NCBI GenBank assembly: GCA_036003745.1
Contig: DASYSD010000019.1
Location: forward strand, 1,500-65,499
Length of the DNA: 64,000 bases
Source of the DNA: Pyrinomonadaceae bacterium
GTDB taxonomy: Bacteria; Acidobacteriota; Blastocatellia; Pyrinomonadales; Pyrinomonadaceae
Direction of reading: 5' to 3'
The notes below the pieces were generated by a model that ran no database searches, had not been told where the DNA came from, and was given only the letters and a program-made list of their open reading frames with translations. A program made the position numbers and the translations under genes. Position 1 is the first letter of the stretch, and the number at the start of each line of letters is the position of its first letter. Positions 31,142 through 41,509 of this stretch are shown piece by piece.

Positions 31142-32521
31142 ATGGTCACCAGTCCCTCGTCAAAAGAAACTCAAGACGATCTCAACAAGCGTCTACGCAG
31201 TCTGAAGATCGATCGCGGTCCTGCCCCCGTACGCTCGGCGAACAATCGCTCGCCAAAACTGTTGCTGCTCGGCGTGGCGGTCGTGCTCGCGCTCGCGGCG
31301 CTCGGCTACATCTTTCTCTTCTCGAGCGCCAAGACGATCTCGGCAGCTCCGGTGAGAGTTGAAACTGGTGGCGGCGCATCTTCAGCCGAGAGCGTTCTGT
31401 CGGCTTCCGGCTACGTGGTGGCCCATCACAAGATTGCCGTCGGTGCGAAAGTGATGGGACGCGTCGCCTGGATCGGCGTCGAGAAGGGCGACAGTGTTCA
31501 GGCCGGGCAAGTCCTCGTTCGGCTCGAAGATAGTGAATTTCGAGCCCAGGTAAATCAGGCCCAGGCAAATCTGGCGGCAGCTCAGGCACGATTGGATCGT
31601 CTCCGCACGGGCTCACGACCTGAGGAAAAGTTGAAAGACAAAGCCACCGTTCTACAAGCGGAAGCAAACCTCAAGAACGCCGAAGCAGAGTACCAGCGTG
31701 CCGAGTCACTCTATCGCTCCGGTGTTGCTTCGAAAGCTGAATACGATCGCGCACTTGCCCAGCGCGACTCAGCTCTGGCTAACGTTCAGGCAGCGCGTCA
31801 GTCCAGTACCATGACCGACATTGGCCCACGCAAAGAAGACATTAATGCGGCCCAGGCTGAGCTGAACCAGACGAAAGCGGCCCTCGATTATGCCAACACG
31901 CAACTCGCGGCCACCGAGATCAAAGCGCCGGTATCCGGAACTGTGCTCGCGCGAAGCGTGGAGCCTGGTGAGATGGTTAGTCCGTCTGCATTTGGCGGCT
32001 CTGGCGCCCGAACTTCAGTTGTCGACCTCGCCGATCTGACAGATTTACAAGTCGAGTTGGATATAAGTCAAACTGAATTCGCGCGCTTGAAACCAAATCA
32101 ACGCGCCGAGATCGTTCCGGAGGCTTATCCGAATCTGCGATTCACGGGCTTCATCGAAGAGATCGCGCCTGAGGCAAATCGCGCAAAATCGACGGTCCAG
32201 GTGAAAGTGAAGGTTGAGAGTCCCAACGAACAGTTGCGACCCGAAATGAACGCTCGCGTCAACTTCCTGTCTGACAAAGCCGCTTCGTCTGACAACAAGG
32301 CGGTTGCGCGCGTGCTCGTTCCTAAAACCGCCGTTGTCAAAGCTGACAACAGCGCGCATGTTTTTGTGGTGAAGGGTAATAAGGTCGAGCAACGCACGAT
32401 CCGCACCGGCGAAGAGTCGGGCGATGCTTACGTCGTTCTCGATGGATTGAGTGGTAATGAAACAGTAGCGATTGCCGGCGTCGACAAGTTACGCGATGGC
32501 GATCGAGTAAAAGTTCAATAG
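31142..32521 (+). CDS. Efflux periplasmic adaptor subunit (HlyD/MacA family)
   Basis: N-terminal TM anchor, biotinyl-lipoyl-like motif (GQVLVRLEDSEF), a long coiled coil and a beta-barrel. The start is taken at MVTSPSSK because the track start at 31046 reads through the palindrome. Confidence 0.88.
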   Translation: MVTSPSSKETQDDLNKRLRSLKIDRGPAPVRSANNRSPKLLLLGVAVVLALAALGYIFLFSSAKTISAAPVRVETGGGASSAESVLSASGYVVAHHKIAVGAKVMGRVAWIGVEKGDSVQAGQVLVRLEDSEFRAQVNQAQANLAAAQARLDRLRTGSRPEEKLKDKATVLQAEANLKNAEAEYQRAESLYRSGVASKAEYDRALAQRDSALANVQAARQSSTMTDIGPRKEDINAAQAELNQTKAALDYANTQLAATEIKAPVSGTVLARSVEPGEMVSPSAFGGSGARTSVVDLADLTDLQVELDISQTEFARLKPNQRAEIVPEAYPNLRFTGFIEEIAPEANRAKSTVQVKVKVESPNEQLRPEMNARVNFLSDKAASSDNKAVARVLVPKTAVVKADNSAHVFVVKGNKVEQRTIRTGEESGDAYVVLDGLSGNETVAIAGVDKLRDGDRVKVQ

Positions 32522-32541
32522 CTTGAGGATGAAAAACTACT

Positions 32542-33252
32542 ATGTCTGAACCGATTGTGAGAGTTCGAAATGTCAGCAAGCGTTTCTATCGCGATGGATT
32601 TGAAGTGGTCGCTTTGGACCAGGTTGATCTCGAGTTGCACCAAGGCGATTTTCTGGCGCTGATGGGACCAAGTGGATCGGGCAAGTCGACGCTCTTAAAT
32701 CTGCTCGCCGGCATCGATCGCCCGACCGAAGGCGAAGTCGACGTGATGGGAACACAACTAACACGAATGAGTGAAAGCCAGCTTGCGGTTTGGCGCAACG
32801 CTCACATCGGTTACATCTTTCAAACTTTCAATCTCGTTCCGGTGCTGACCGCGTTTGAGAATGTCGAGCTGCCCTTGCTGTTGACGAAGTTGTCGAAGGC
32901 AGAGCGGCGCAAGAATGTTGAGACGGCGCTCGATCTCGTGGGATTGAGTGAACGCATGCATCACCAGCCGAAGCAGTTGTCGGGCGGTCAGGAACAGCGT
33001 GTCGCAATCGCGCGAGCGATCGTCACCGATCCGGATCTGATTCTCGCGGACGAACCAACCGGAAACCTCGACGCTCGCTCGGGTGAGGAGGTCATGCAGA
33101 TACTCTCCACCCTCAACCGCGAGTTGAACAAGACAATCATGCTTGTTACACACGACCCACACGCTGCGGCTTTCGCATCCGAGCAGATGCATCTTGAGAA
33201 GGGGGTGCTGACGGACCTGGAACCGGTGGCCTCGCGGCAGGTCAGCGTCTGA
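32542..33252 (+). CDS. ABC transporter ATP-binding protein (MacB/LolD-type)
   Basis: Walker [10 protein letters not shown], signature LSGGQEQR, Walker B ILADEPT. Confidence 0.95.
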   Translation: MSEPIVRVRNVSKRFYRDGFEVVALDQVDLELHQGDFLALMGPSGSGKSTLLNLLAGIDRPTEGEVDVMGTQLTRMSESQLAVWRNAHIGYIFQTFNLVPVLTAFENVELPLLLTKLSKAERRKNVETALDLVGLSERMHHQPKQLSGGQEQRVAIARAIVTDPDLILADEPTGNLDARSGEEVMQILSTLNRELNKTIMLVTHDPHAAAFASEQMHLEKGVLTDLEPVASRQVSV

Positions 33253-33261
33253 TACCACGGC

Positions 33262-33612
33262 TCAATTTGCCGTTTTGCGTCTCTTGAAATAGAACGCGGG
33301 GTCAGTGGGTGGTCCTGCTACTGTCACGAGTTCCCAACCGTTTTTCCCGAGCCTGTCCATGTGCTGCTCGAGAACGTAAGCCTCGCGTGCGAAACCTCCA
33401 TTCGATTCCTTTCGCACACTACCGGAGCCAGTGTCCGCGAAGTTTGTCGTAGACGGACCAGCAACAACGAGGTATTCCCATACCAATTTATTCGCCGAAT
33501 CGTTGGATTCCGGCTCCTTTCCTGAGGTCTTCACGACCGCTAATGAGACCGCGACCAGGAAAAGAGCCAGCGCCGTCAACAATCCTCTTTTAAGAACTCT
33601 GCTTCGTTCCAT
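33262..33612 (-). CDS. Small membrane-anchored protein, DUF4177-like
   Basis: N-terminal anchor. The pattern WEYLVV...[11 protein letters not shown] resembles DUF4177. Confidence 0.5.
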   Translation of the reverse strand: MERSRVLKRGLLTALALFLVAVSLAVVKTSGKEPESNDSANKLVWEYLVVAGPSTTNFADTGSGSVRKESNGGFAREAYVLEQHMDRLGKNGWELVTVAGPPTDPAFYFKRRKTAN

Positions 33613-33691
33613 ACGACCTCCAGTTTGTGCAGGTAGGCAAGCTTACGACCATTCAACGTCTGAGTATCAGGCAGCGTTCCTTTAATTTCCT

Positions 33692-34477
33692 TTACTCTGT
33701 TGGTTTGTAGCGTGAAGCAAGCAGACCGGTGGCCGCTGCCAGATCCAGATCTGCGAAGAGGAGACCTTCTTTTCCGTATGGTTGATAACTGAGCAACGTG
33801 CCATCGGGATGTGCCACTGCCGAAGTAGTCGGCGATCCGGTACTCGCATAGTTCACGGTTGCGAAATAACACGTATTCTCAGCCGCACGACACAACACCG
33901 CTTTTTCATGAAATGAATTCTGTGACTCTGCGTAACTGGCAGGAACATAACTTCCGAGTGCACCCTCATGAAACTGCGGATGGAATACCACCTGCGCTTC
34001 GCGTCGTGCGGCCCAGCGCACTGTTTCCGGATAACGCCAACCTTCATGGCAGATCACAACGCCAAACTTCAGTGGACCACTTTGAAAAATCTGTCGTCCT
34101 GAGCCAGGCGCGTAGATCGTGTCTTCAGAAGGGTCGAGTTGGACCTTGTCCTGAAAGCCCGCGACACTTCCATCTCGATTGATGACGAGTGCGGTCGCTA
34201 ACACACCATCGTTGACCACACGTTCCGTTCCGAGAATCACCGCGACGTTTGCGGTTGCGGCAACTTCGGCAATGCGAGCCCACGCGCGTTCGAGGAATTT
34301 AGTATCGGGCGGCGGCACGCCCTTCCCCGGCGCTCGATAACCAGGCACAAAACATTCAGGAAAACAAATGATCTTCGCGTCACCACGCCCGGCCTCGGCG
34401 ACCGCCTGCTCAGCCAACCTGATTGACTCCTCAGGAGTTTCCGGGAATCGAATATTTGCGAGTGCAATGCGAACCAT
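33692..34477 (-). CDS. Carbon-nitrogen hydrolase (nitrilase superfamily) protein
   Basis: CFPECFVPGY (catalytic Glu region), VVICHEGWRYPE (catalytic Cys region) and the overall length. Confidence 0.9.
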   Translation of the reverse strand: MVRIALANIRFPETPEESIRLAEQAVAEAGRGDAKIICFPECFVPGYRAPGKGVPPPDTKFLERAWARIAEVAATANVAVILGTERVVNDGVLATALVINRDGSVAGFQDKVQLDPSEDTIYAPGSGRQIFQSGPLKFGVVICHEGWRYPETVRWAARREAQVVFHPQFHEGALGSYVPASYAESQNSFHEKAVLCRAAENTCYFATVNYASTGSPTTSAVAHPDGTLLSYQPYGKEGLLFADLDLAAATGLLASRYKPTE

Positions 34478-34521
34478 ACTCTTAGAGCATCAGTTCTCAC
34501 GGAACGAAATATATATAGTCT

Positions 34522-35160
34522 CTATGGTGTCTTGGTCTCGGCTGGCTTCTGCGGTGGTTCGGTGATCGCTTCAACTCTGCTCTTATCAAGAAACGAAACA
34601 ACACCACTTCGTCTAAACCAAATTCCCTGCGAATCTTCCCACGCAGCGTCGGCTTCAAGTGACGATCCATCCTTCATCTTTATGATCGCGCCATTTGCCA
34701 GAGCTTTGCCACTGGTCGCTATTGGACCACGGTTGAGTGCCGCCGGTGGCGGTGTGGCGGCGGGCGCAGCGGGACTTGCTGCTGGACTTGCTTCGGCCTC
34801 GGCAGGACTTTCGCTTTCAGTTGGCGACGCCGTCTCGCTCGGCCGTACCTCACCGGCCGGCACGACCGCTACCTGATTAGATCTAGGAGCAGTAGTTTCA
34901 GTGTTCTGATTGTTGGAACGATCCTGCTGTGCGGTTTCGCGGCCCGGCGCAAGAAACACAAGGTACAGCAGCACGCAGACAATGATGCCAATGAGCCCGC
35001 CGATCACGCCGGTTACCCAAACGGATCCCGCTGCGGCTGATGTATCAGTCTCACTAATCGCACGTGGGGAGTCAGTCAACTTCACTAGCTCCGCCCCATC
35101 CATATCGCAGAAAGCCTTCTGATTATCGAAAACCTCATCACATTCAGGACACTGTTTCAT
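34522..35160 (-). CDS. Zinc-ribbon membrane protein with a C-terminal ~40-aa DG..W..G.W module
   Basis: CPECDEVFDNQKAFCDMDG zinc ribbon, one TM segment, a Pro/Ala-rich linker, and the C-terminal IIKMKDGSSLEADAAWEDSQGIWFRRSGVVSFLDKSRVEAI. Confidence 0.7.
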   Translation of the reverse strand: MKQCPECDEVFDNQKAFCDMDGAELVKLTDSPRAISETDTSAAAGSVWVTGVIGGLIGIIVCVLLYLVFLAPGRETAQQDRSNNQNTETTAPRSNQVAVVPAGEVRPSETASPTESESPAEAEASPAASPAAPAATPPPAALNRGPIATSGKALANGAIIKMKDGSSLEADAAWEDSQGIWFRRSGVVSFLDKSRVEAITEPPQKPAETKTP

Positions 35161-35230
35161 TTCTTAATACCTCAGCCACATTAATGAGCCTTGTACTTGG
35201 TGTAGTAACAAAGTTCTAAGCACTAATCCA

Positions 35231-37456
35231 CTACTTTAACAAACTGAGAATGTTGGAGAAGTCGTCCGTCCAAACTATATCACCTTGCACTCGGCTCCAG
35301 CGCGAGTCACTTGCTATCGGTCCCAAATCGGCGTCCTTGCGCGCCATCACCACCCACACTGACGGATATTTACCAACTAAACTGCGCTCTTGATCCCTGC
35401 GAATGAAGGCGGCGAGTCCAGCGCGTCTCGACAAACCCGAGAGCAGTGGCTCGAGATTCAAATAACGGTTGCTGATATGAAATGCAAGCATTCCGTCACC
35501 CGAGAGCTTGCCAAGATATAGATCCATCGCCTCGGTCGTCAAAAGATGCGCGGGCACAGAGTCGGAACTGAACGCGTCCATGATCAGCAATCCATATTTG
35601 CCAGCCGGCGCCTCACGTAACCTTAAACGTGCGTCACCGAGAATCATCTTGTACGAACCCTTCGTGCAATCGCTGATAAATGTGAAATAGCTGGGCTCGG
35701 AAGCAATGCGCACGATCGCGGGATCGATGTCGTAGAAGTCCCACTGCTGACCTTGCAAAGAATACGTTCCAATCGTACCGGAGCCCAGCCCGGTGGCCGC
35801 AACCGGCAGATTCGCCGGCTTGCTATTGTAGACGTCGAAAATATCGCCCACTGGTCCGGTCCTGTGATAGTACGAAGTCGCCTCACACTTTCGCGCTTCA
35901 TCGTTCAACTGCACACCATGAACCGTGCTGCCGTGATAAAGGCGGCGAAATTCTTCATTCGGACTAGTGGTTACACGCCAAACACCAAAAAAGTTTCGCT
36001 CAGTTGCCAGCGTTTGCACTGTGGCATTCGTGTATGGGATCGACGCAAACATCAATGCCGCAAGCGACAGTGCAAATACAAACGGACGCCGGAAAGTAAA
36101 CACAAAGCAGAGCGCGAGTGGGACCAGCAGCACCACCCCATTCTCAACTTTTCCCGAGAGCTGCAGCCGGGGAATTGTCAGCGCAAGAGCAAACGTCAGC
36201 ACGAAGATGAAGACTGGAAACGTGATTCGCATCAACGACTTCGTCTTCTGTTCCTGGTTTGTCACCGGACGTATGAGACACGCCAGAATAATCGCTGCCG
36301 GATATTCGAACGGCGTGGAAAAAACCATCGGCGCAACGAGGGCGTTGAAAACCCCACCCAGAACACCGCCTACTGCGATCCAAAGATAGTATTCCGGCAA
36401 CTTGCTCACGTGCGGCCGGCTCTGAGCCAAGCGTTGATGACTGACGAGGGCGGCGAGGAAGAAGACGAGCAGGTGCAGCGTGATTGTTACCCAAACTGAA
36501 ATCGGTGGCGACAATATTATGAATGCCCCGAGCACGACCAGCGCAATCGAAAACAAGATCGATACCACCGGCACCTTGATGATCTGCTTGTTTCCGAAGG
36601 CAATGATGAACGTCAAAAGATAAAGTGCTAATGGAATGATCCAGATGAGCGGCACCGACGCGACATCAGTTGCGATGAAAGTCGTCACGCCAAGCATCAA
36701 GCTCGAGGGAACAAACGCAAACAGAACCCATTCAAACCGTTGCGGCGTTTCAATCGTTATCTCGGGTTGTTCGACTGCGACTTGAGTCTGATCCGAGACA
36801 GCTCTCCGGGAGTTGAGCAATAACGCGCAGGCGATGATGAGTGCAACCAGCGCGACGTAGCCGACCGACCAGATGACGCTTTGAGTCCTGATGGCAAAAG
36901 CCGGTTCAAGCAGGAATGGAAAGCCGAGCAAAGCGAGCATGCTGCCGGCGTTACTGACGGCATAAAGAAAATAAGGATCGCGAGCCGCTTTATGTGTCGA
37001 GTGTGAAAACCAGCGCTGTAACAGTGGCGCCGTCGCTGAAAGCAGCAGGAATGGTGGTCCAACAGTTACGGCCAATGTGGTCAGGAGCCAGAGTATCGGA
37101 CTGCTCTGCGTAGGCAGTGAAGCGAGCACACGCTCCGACAACGCGAACGGTAAAACCAACCCTGCAGCCAGCAGCAGAACGGCGTGAACAATCGCCTGGT
37201 TTCTCAACGACAGCCGCTGAGAAACGAATAGCGCGTAGGCATAGCCTGCCAGTAATAAGGACTGAAAGAACAGCATGCACGTGTTCCAGACCGAGGGTGC
37301 GCCGCCCAGTAACGGCAGCAGCATCTTTGCAACCAGTGGCTGTACCCAGAAAAGCAGCGCGGCGCTTGTGAACAAAGCAAGTGCAAATACCGGCGCCAGT
37401 GCGGTCGCACGTGCAGCGGTGGTGTTAACTCGATCCACTTCGACGTCGATGTTCAT
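35231..37456 (-). CDS. Fused polytopic membrane domain / spermidine synthase-like (class I methyltransferase fold) protein
   Basis: ~470 aa of TM segments followed by NFFGVWRV...YHGSTVHGVQ...GLGSGT...FYDIDP...LIMDAFSSDSVP. Confidence 0.85.
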   Translation of the reverse strand: MNIDVEVDRVNTTAARATALAPVFALALFTSAALLFWVQPLVAKMLLPLLGGAPSVWNTCMLFFQSLLLAGYAYALFVSQRLSLRNQAIVHAVLLLAAGLVLPFALSERVLASLPTQSSPILWLLTTLAVTVGPPFLLLSATAPLLQRWFSHSTHKAARDPYFLYAVSNAGSMLALLGFPFLLEPAFAIRTQSVIWSVGYVALVALIIACALLLNSRRAVSDQTQVAVEQPEITIETPQRFEWVLFAFVPSSLMLGVTTFIATDVASVPLIWIIPLALYLLTFIIAFGNKQIIKVPVVSILFSIALVVLGAFIILSPPISVWVTITLHLLVFFLAALVSHQRLAQSRPHVSKLPEYYLWIAVGGVLGGVFNALVAPMVFSTPFEYPAAIILACLIRPVTNQEQKTKSLMRITFPVFIFVLTFALALTIPRLQLSGKVENGVVLLVPLALCFVFTFRRPFVFALSLAALMFASIPYTNATVQTLATERNFFGVWRVTTSPNEEFRRLYHGSTVHGVQLNDEARKCEATSYYHRTGPVGDIFDVYNSKPANLPVAATGLGSGTIGTYSLQGQQWDFYDIDPAIVRIASEPSYFTFISDCTKGSYKMILGDARLRLREAPAGKYGLLIMDAFSSDSVPAHLLTTEAMDLYLGKLSGDGMLAFHISNRYLNLEPLLSGLSRRAGLAAFIRRDQERSLVGKYPSVWVVMARKDADLGPIASDSRWSRVQGDIVWTDDFSNILSLLK

Positions 37457-37566
37457 TTAGTTTGTCCTACGCGAAAGACTTTGGTGTGATCCGCGGCTTG
37501 GCGCCGGGTTAAGCAAGCATAACAGGGTTTAACCGGATTCGGGTGGTAAAAAATGCGGGTGAACAG

Positions 37567-37603
37567 GTGCTCGCTGGCGAGCACTTGTCGTCAAATAGCG
37601 CAG
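37567..37603 (+). repeat. 37-nt repeat containing the palindrome GTGCTCGC-TG-GCGAGCAC (copy 1)
   Basis: GTGCTCGCTGGCGAGCACTTGTCGTCAAATAGCGCAG, with 4 mismatches to the copy at 38651-38687. Confidence 0.8.
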
Positions 37604-37706
37604 CCTCAAACCCAGGGATCTAAGCAAAATGCGCCATTTCCCCCGGCATATTTATTGCTCAGCCCTTGCTACCACGGTTCAATGTGTCCAGCGTCCAGGA
37701 GTTTCC

Positions 37707-38624
37707 ATGCGAACCAGGCATTGGTTGGAATTCACCTTCCTGTTTCTGCTTTTGACCAACTGCTCTGCAGCACTCGGCCAGAACCAAAAACCTGCATTGA
37801 CGCAAGTTCGCGCGTTGACCAACAACGACGTGATACGGATGGTGGAACGGGGAGAGAAGCCCACCCAGATCATCGGCAGGATTCTCACTTCACACTGTAA
37901 TTTCGACGTTTTTCCGCCTGTTCTTCAGGACTTAAAGAGACGCGGTGTGCCCGACACGGTTTTGGTGGCAATGACGTCGGCCCCGTATGGTCCGCCGTCA
38001 CTGTCTGATGTTGACTCAAAAATCTCGCAATTGGCGTCGGTAGTTCAGCTTCCCGAAGGGATGGTAATCGAACTGGAGACGGTTCGCGCCACTTCTTCGG
38101 ACAATGCGCCAGTGGGAAGTCCGATCACTTTTGTCGCGACGCGCAGAGTCTACGTCGATAACACTTTGATAATTGAGCGAGGCGCAGTCGCAAAGGCTCG
38201 CGTGGTTAAAGTCCAGCGTGCGCGTGGATGGGGACGAGCCGGCATGCTTGCCTGGGAGTTGGAGTACGTCGTTGGGGTTGATGGCACACGGATTCCGGTC
38301 CAGCTTAAGGGTCAACAGATGGGCAAGAGTCGCGCAGCCGCTGTTGCCGGCAGCGCTGTGGCAACGGGCGCGTTGATTTTTCCCTACAGTTCTCCGGTGG
38401 CTTTGATCTGGGGACTCAAGAAGGGCGACGAAGCTGTGCTGCGTGGCAATAAAGTCGTCTCGGTAATCGTAAAAGCAAAAACAGAAATCGCGGGTTTTCA
38501 GCCCCGGCCGGGCGGGACTATCTTTCATGACATGGAAACGGTGAAGGCTAGTACCGCCCCTCTAACGAATACAACTTTTGATCGGGGCAGCGTCAGGTTC
38601 AGCGGCCTCAAGTCAAATCGGTAA
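37707..38624 (+). CDS. Secreted hypothetical protein (305 aa) with an N-terminal LTN..V...G...II...FD....LK..GV...AM module
   Basis: AGGAG RBS before the ATG at 37707. Signal peptide ending CSAALGQ. The module LTNNDVIRMVERGEKPTQIIGRILTSHCNFDVFPPVLQDLKRRGVPDTVLVAM is shared with the 59372 protein. Confidence 0.7.
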   Translation: MRTRHWLEFTFLFLLLTNCSAALGQNQKPALTQVRALTNNDVIRMVERGEKPTQIIGRILTSHCNFDVFPPVLQDLKRRGVPDTVLVAMTSAPYGPPSLSDVDSKISQLASVVQLPEGMVIELETVRATSSDNAPVGSPITFVATRRVYVDNTLIIERGAVAKARVVKVQRARGWGRAGMLAWELEYVVGVDGTRIPVQLKGQQMGKSRAAAVAGSAVATGALIFPYSSPVALIWGLKKGDEAVLRGNKVVSVIVKAKTEIAGFQPRPGGTIFHDMETVKASTAPLTNTTFDRGSVRFSGLKSNR

Positions 38625-38650
38625 TTTCAGCAAAAATCCTGTGATTTGAA

Positions 38651-38687
38651 GTGCTCGCTGGCGCGCAGTTGTCGCCAAACAGCGCAG
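38651..38687 (+). repeat. 37-nt repeat (copy 2, palindrome degenerate)
   Basis: GTGCTCGCTGGCGCGCAGTTGTCGCCAAACAGCGCAG. Confidence 0.8.
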
Positions 38688-38786
38688 GGACGAGACGATA
38701 ATTCTTCCGAAAACGCTTATTCTTCTGAGGCACATTGGTTGCTGACTCTTGATGCTTTCGTAAGCGTTTAATCCGGATTTGGCCTA

Positions 38787-40001
38787 TTGAGCACCATGAC
38801 ATCTCCAGCCCCCATTTACGATTCACAACCGGTAATTGACCGCGACTCAATTGAGCTGTCGGTAATCATGCCCTGTCTCAACGAGGCGGAAACTCTCGCC
38901 ACGTGCATCAAGAAGGCGCAGAGATGGATGACCAAAAACGACGTGTCGGGTGAGGTCATAATCGCCGACAACGGCAGCACCGACGGCTCACAGAGAATCG
39001 CCCAGGTAATGGGAGCTCGACTGGTCGACGTACCTGAAAGAGGCTACGGCGCAGCATTGCGTGCGGGAATTGAAGCAGCACGCGGCACTTATGTGATCAT
39101 GGGTGACGCCGACGACAGCTACAACTTTGCCAACCTTGGGCCATTTCTCAACAAGCTGCGTAGTGGTTATGACCTTGTTATGGGAAACCGGTTTGCCGGT
39201 GGGATTGAACCGGGAGCAATGCCTCCGCTGCACAAATACCTTGGCAATCCGGTGTTGACCGGCATTGGTCGGCTTCTGTTTCGCAGTCCTTGCCGTGACT
39301 TCCATTGCGGACTGCGTGGTTTTTCAAAGAAGGCGGCATTAAAGATGGACCTGCGCACGCCGGGCATGGAGTTCGCCAGTGAGATGGTTGTGAAGGCGAC
39401 CTTGAATAATTTGAGGATTATCGAGGTTCCGACGACTCTCTCCCCCGACGGCCGCAGCCGCGAGCCCCACCTGCGTAGTTGGAGAGACGGTTGGCGTCAC
39501 CTGCGATTTCTTTTGCTCTACAGCCCGCGCTGGCTTTTCTTCTATCCGGGGGCTTTGCTTATGCTGGTGGGATTAGCTGTCGGCCTGTGGCTGTTGCCTG
39601 GTCCGCGTGCCCTAGGCAACATCACACTCGACGTTCACACGCTACTCTACGCTGCAGCAGCCGTTATCACCGGTTTTCAGGCGGTTAATTTTGCCGTGTT
39701 CACAAAGATTTTTGGCGTGACCTCGGGCTTGCTTCCACCCGATGCGAAGCTTGAGAAGGCTTTTAAGTATGTCACGCTTGAATCGGGTCTCATTGTGGGA
39801 CTGGTGTTGTTTTTCGCGGGTTTGGGCCTGAGCGTTTTTGCGGTGACCAATTGGGAAGCGCATTCGTTTGGCTCCCTCGATCCAACAAAAATTCTTCGCC
39901 TGGTAATACCCGCAGTGACCGCAATGATGCTGGGAAGTGAAATCGTGCTGTCGAGTTTCTTTCTGAGCGTGTTGGGGTTGACAAAGCGTCGAATGAATTA
40001 G
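38787..40001 (+). CDS. Family 2 glycosyltransferase with a C-terminal membrane domain (polyprenyl-phosphate sugar synthase type, ArnC/GtrB/DPM1-like)
   Basis: LSVIMPCLNEAETL, IIADNGSTDGS and MGDADDSY (DxD) motifs, followed by about four TM segments. TTG start at 38787; an ATG at 38796 is the alternative. Confidence 0.88.
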   Translation: MSTMTSPAPIYDSQPVIDRDSIELSVIMPCLNEAETLATCIKKAQRWMTKNDVSGEVIIADNGSTDGSQRIAQVMGARLVDVPERGYGAALRAGIEAARGTYVIMGDADDSYNFANLGPFLNKLRSGYDLVMGNRFAGGIEPGAMPPLHKYLGNPVLTGIGRLLFRSPCRDFHCGLRGFSKKAALKMDLRTPGMEFASEMVVKATLNNLRIIEVPTTLSPDGRSREPHLRSWRDGWRHLRFLLLYSPRWLFFYPGALLMLVGLAVGLWLLPGPRALGNITLDVHTLLYAAAAVITGFQAVNFAVFTKIFGVTSGLLPPDAKLEKAFKYVTLESGLIVGLVLFFAGLGLSVFAVTNWEAHSFGSLDPTKILRLVIPAVTAMMLGSEIVLSSFFLSVLGLTKRRMN

Positions 40002-40031
40002 TACCTGCTGGCATCAGCAACGAGATTTGTT

Positions 40032-41504
40032 ATGGCGACCACACCGAAAAAGAGAATAGGCATCTTCGTCATAGCCTACAACGCTGTAAACAAACTCGAC
40101 TGGACACTTGATCGCATTCCAGAAGAAGTTTGGGAAAAGGTCGAGGAGGTTTTTCTCTTCGATGATTGCTCGACTGATAATACCTACTATGCTGCGATCG
40201 GTTATAAGCATGTAAGGAAACTGGAAAAGCTGACCATACATCGCAACAAACGCAACCTTCGATATGGTGGTAATCAAAAGCAAGGATATCAATACGCTAT
40301 TGCGCGAGACTTGGACATAGTTGTCATGCTCCACGCGGATGGTCAATATGCTCCAGAGTCTTTGCCGAAACTACTGGAACCTCTCGAGCATGACGAAGCC
40401 GACATGGTGTTTGGATCGCGCATGGCGGAAGGAGGCGCGCCGCTCCAGGGTGGAATGCCTCTATACAAATTCATTGGCAACAAAATCCTAACGTGGCTGG
40501 AGAACAAGATCACCGGAATGAAGTTGTCGGAATTTCATTCGGGGTATCGTATCTATTCGTGTGCGGCACTGAAACGGATACCATTCTTGTTGAATTCGAA
40601 CGAGTGGCACTTCGACACCGATATCCTTATTCAATTTCATGAAGCTGGCATGCGAGTAGTAGAGGAGCCGATTCCCACCTATTATGGCGATGAAATCTGT
40701 TACGTAAATGGGATCGCTTATGCGTTTAATTGTTTGAGATCGGCGCTAACGTATCGCTTACATAAAGCGAGATTACTCCACGTGCAAAAATATGAAATAA
40801 AACCCAGCCAGTATGTTTACAAGCAGACCGACCCCTACAGCAGTCATGCACAGATTCTCAATTGGGTAAAGAAACAGCGGCCAGAAGAAGTGTTAGAGGT
40901 AGGAACAGCGTCGGGTTACCTTACTGCGGAGATGGTGAAACTCGGTTGTAGAGTCACTGGCGTCGAGCAGAATGTCGAAATGGCCAGCCTTGCGGAACAG
41001 TATTGCAACAGGATGTTGATTGGAGACATCGAGTCACTAGAACTTAATAGTCTCGGCGAATACGACGCAATAATTCTTGGAGATATTCTTGAACACGTGC
41101 GCAACCCGCGAGCCGTCCTGCAAAAGGTCAGTAAACACCTTCGGCCCGGCGGCAGAGTCTTGATCTCACTTCCTAATGTTGCAAACATCTGGGTGCGGCT
41201 TAACCTGCTGCTGGGCCGATTCAACTACAGCCGAGTTGGCATTCTCGATGAATCGCACCTGCGGTTTTTTACTCTGCATACCAGTAAGAAACTGGCCCAC
41301 GATTCCGGCCTGGATGTGATTGGGATAAATACTACACCGATTCCACTACCTTTGCTGCTTCCAGCAACACAGAGAGGTCGATCTCTCAGTTTTCTTCACG
41401 GTTTAAATTGGGGGCTGGCCAGACTCAGGAAAACTCTGTTTGGCTATCAATTCATCCTCGTTTGCCGAGACCCCAATAATCTGGAAGAGGCCAAAGCCCC
41501 ATAA
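40032..41504 (+). CDS. Bifunctional family 2 glycosyltransferase / class I SAM-dependent methyltransferase
   Basis: The N-terminal half has IGIFVIAYNA...FLFDDCSTDNT...MLHADGQY. The C-terminal half has VLEVGTASGYLT...ILGDILEHV...LRPGGRVLISLPN. Confidence 0.9.
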   Translation: MATTPKKRIGIFVIAYNAVNKLDWTLDRIPEEVWEKVEEVFLFDDCSTDNTYYAAIGYKHVRKLEKLTIHRNKRNLRYGGNQKQGYQYAIARDLDIVVMLHADGQYAPESLPKLLEPLEHDEADMVFGSRMAEGGAPLQGGMPLYKFIGNKILTWLENKITGMKLSEFHSGYRIYSCAALKRIPFLLNSNEWHFDTDILIQFHEAGMRVVEEPIPTYYGDEICYVNGIAYAFNCLRSALTYRLHKARLLHVQKYEIKPSQYVYKQTDPYSSHAQILNWVKKQRPEEVLEVGTASGYLTAEMVKLGCRVTGVEQNVEMASLAEQYCNRMLIGDIESLELNSLGEYDAIILGDILEHVRNPRAVLQKVSKHLRPGGRVLISLPNVANIWVRLNLLLGRFNYSRVGILDESHLRFFTLHTSKKLAHDSGLDVIGINTTPIPLPLLLPATQRGRSLSFLHGLNWGLARLRKTLFGYQFILVCRDPNNLEEAKAP

Positions 41505-41509
41505 TCAGT

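Noticed and set aside
28617-33252. The ABC system (two FtsX permeases, an adaptor, an ATPase) as something novel.
   Set aside because: A split MacB/DevCBA-type organisation with paralogous permeases is common. Only the inserted palindrome is unusual.
35231-37456. The fused membrane/spermidine-synthase-like protein as a novel fusion.
   Set aside because: This fusion architecture is a recurrent, already catalogued family in many bacteria, although its function is unclear. There is no window-specific anomaly.
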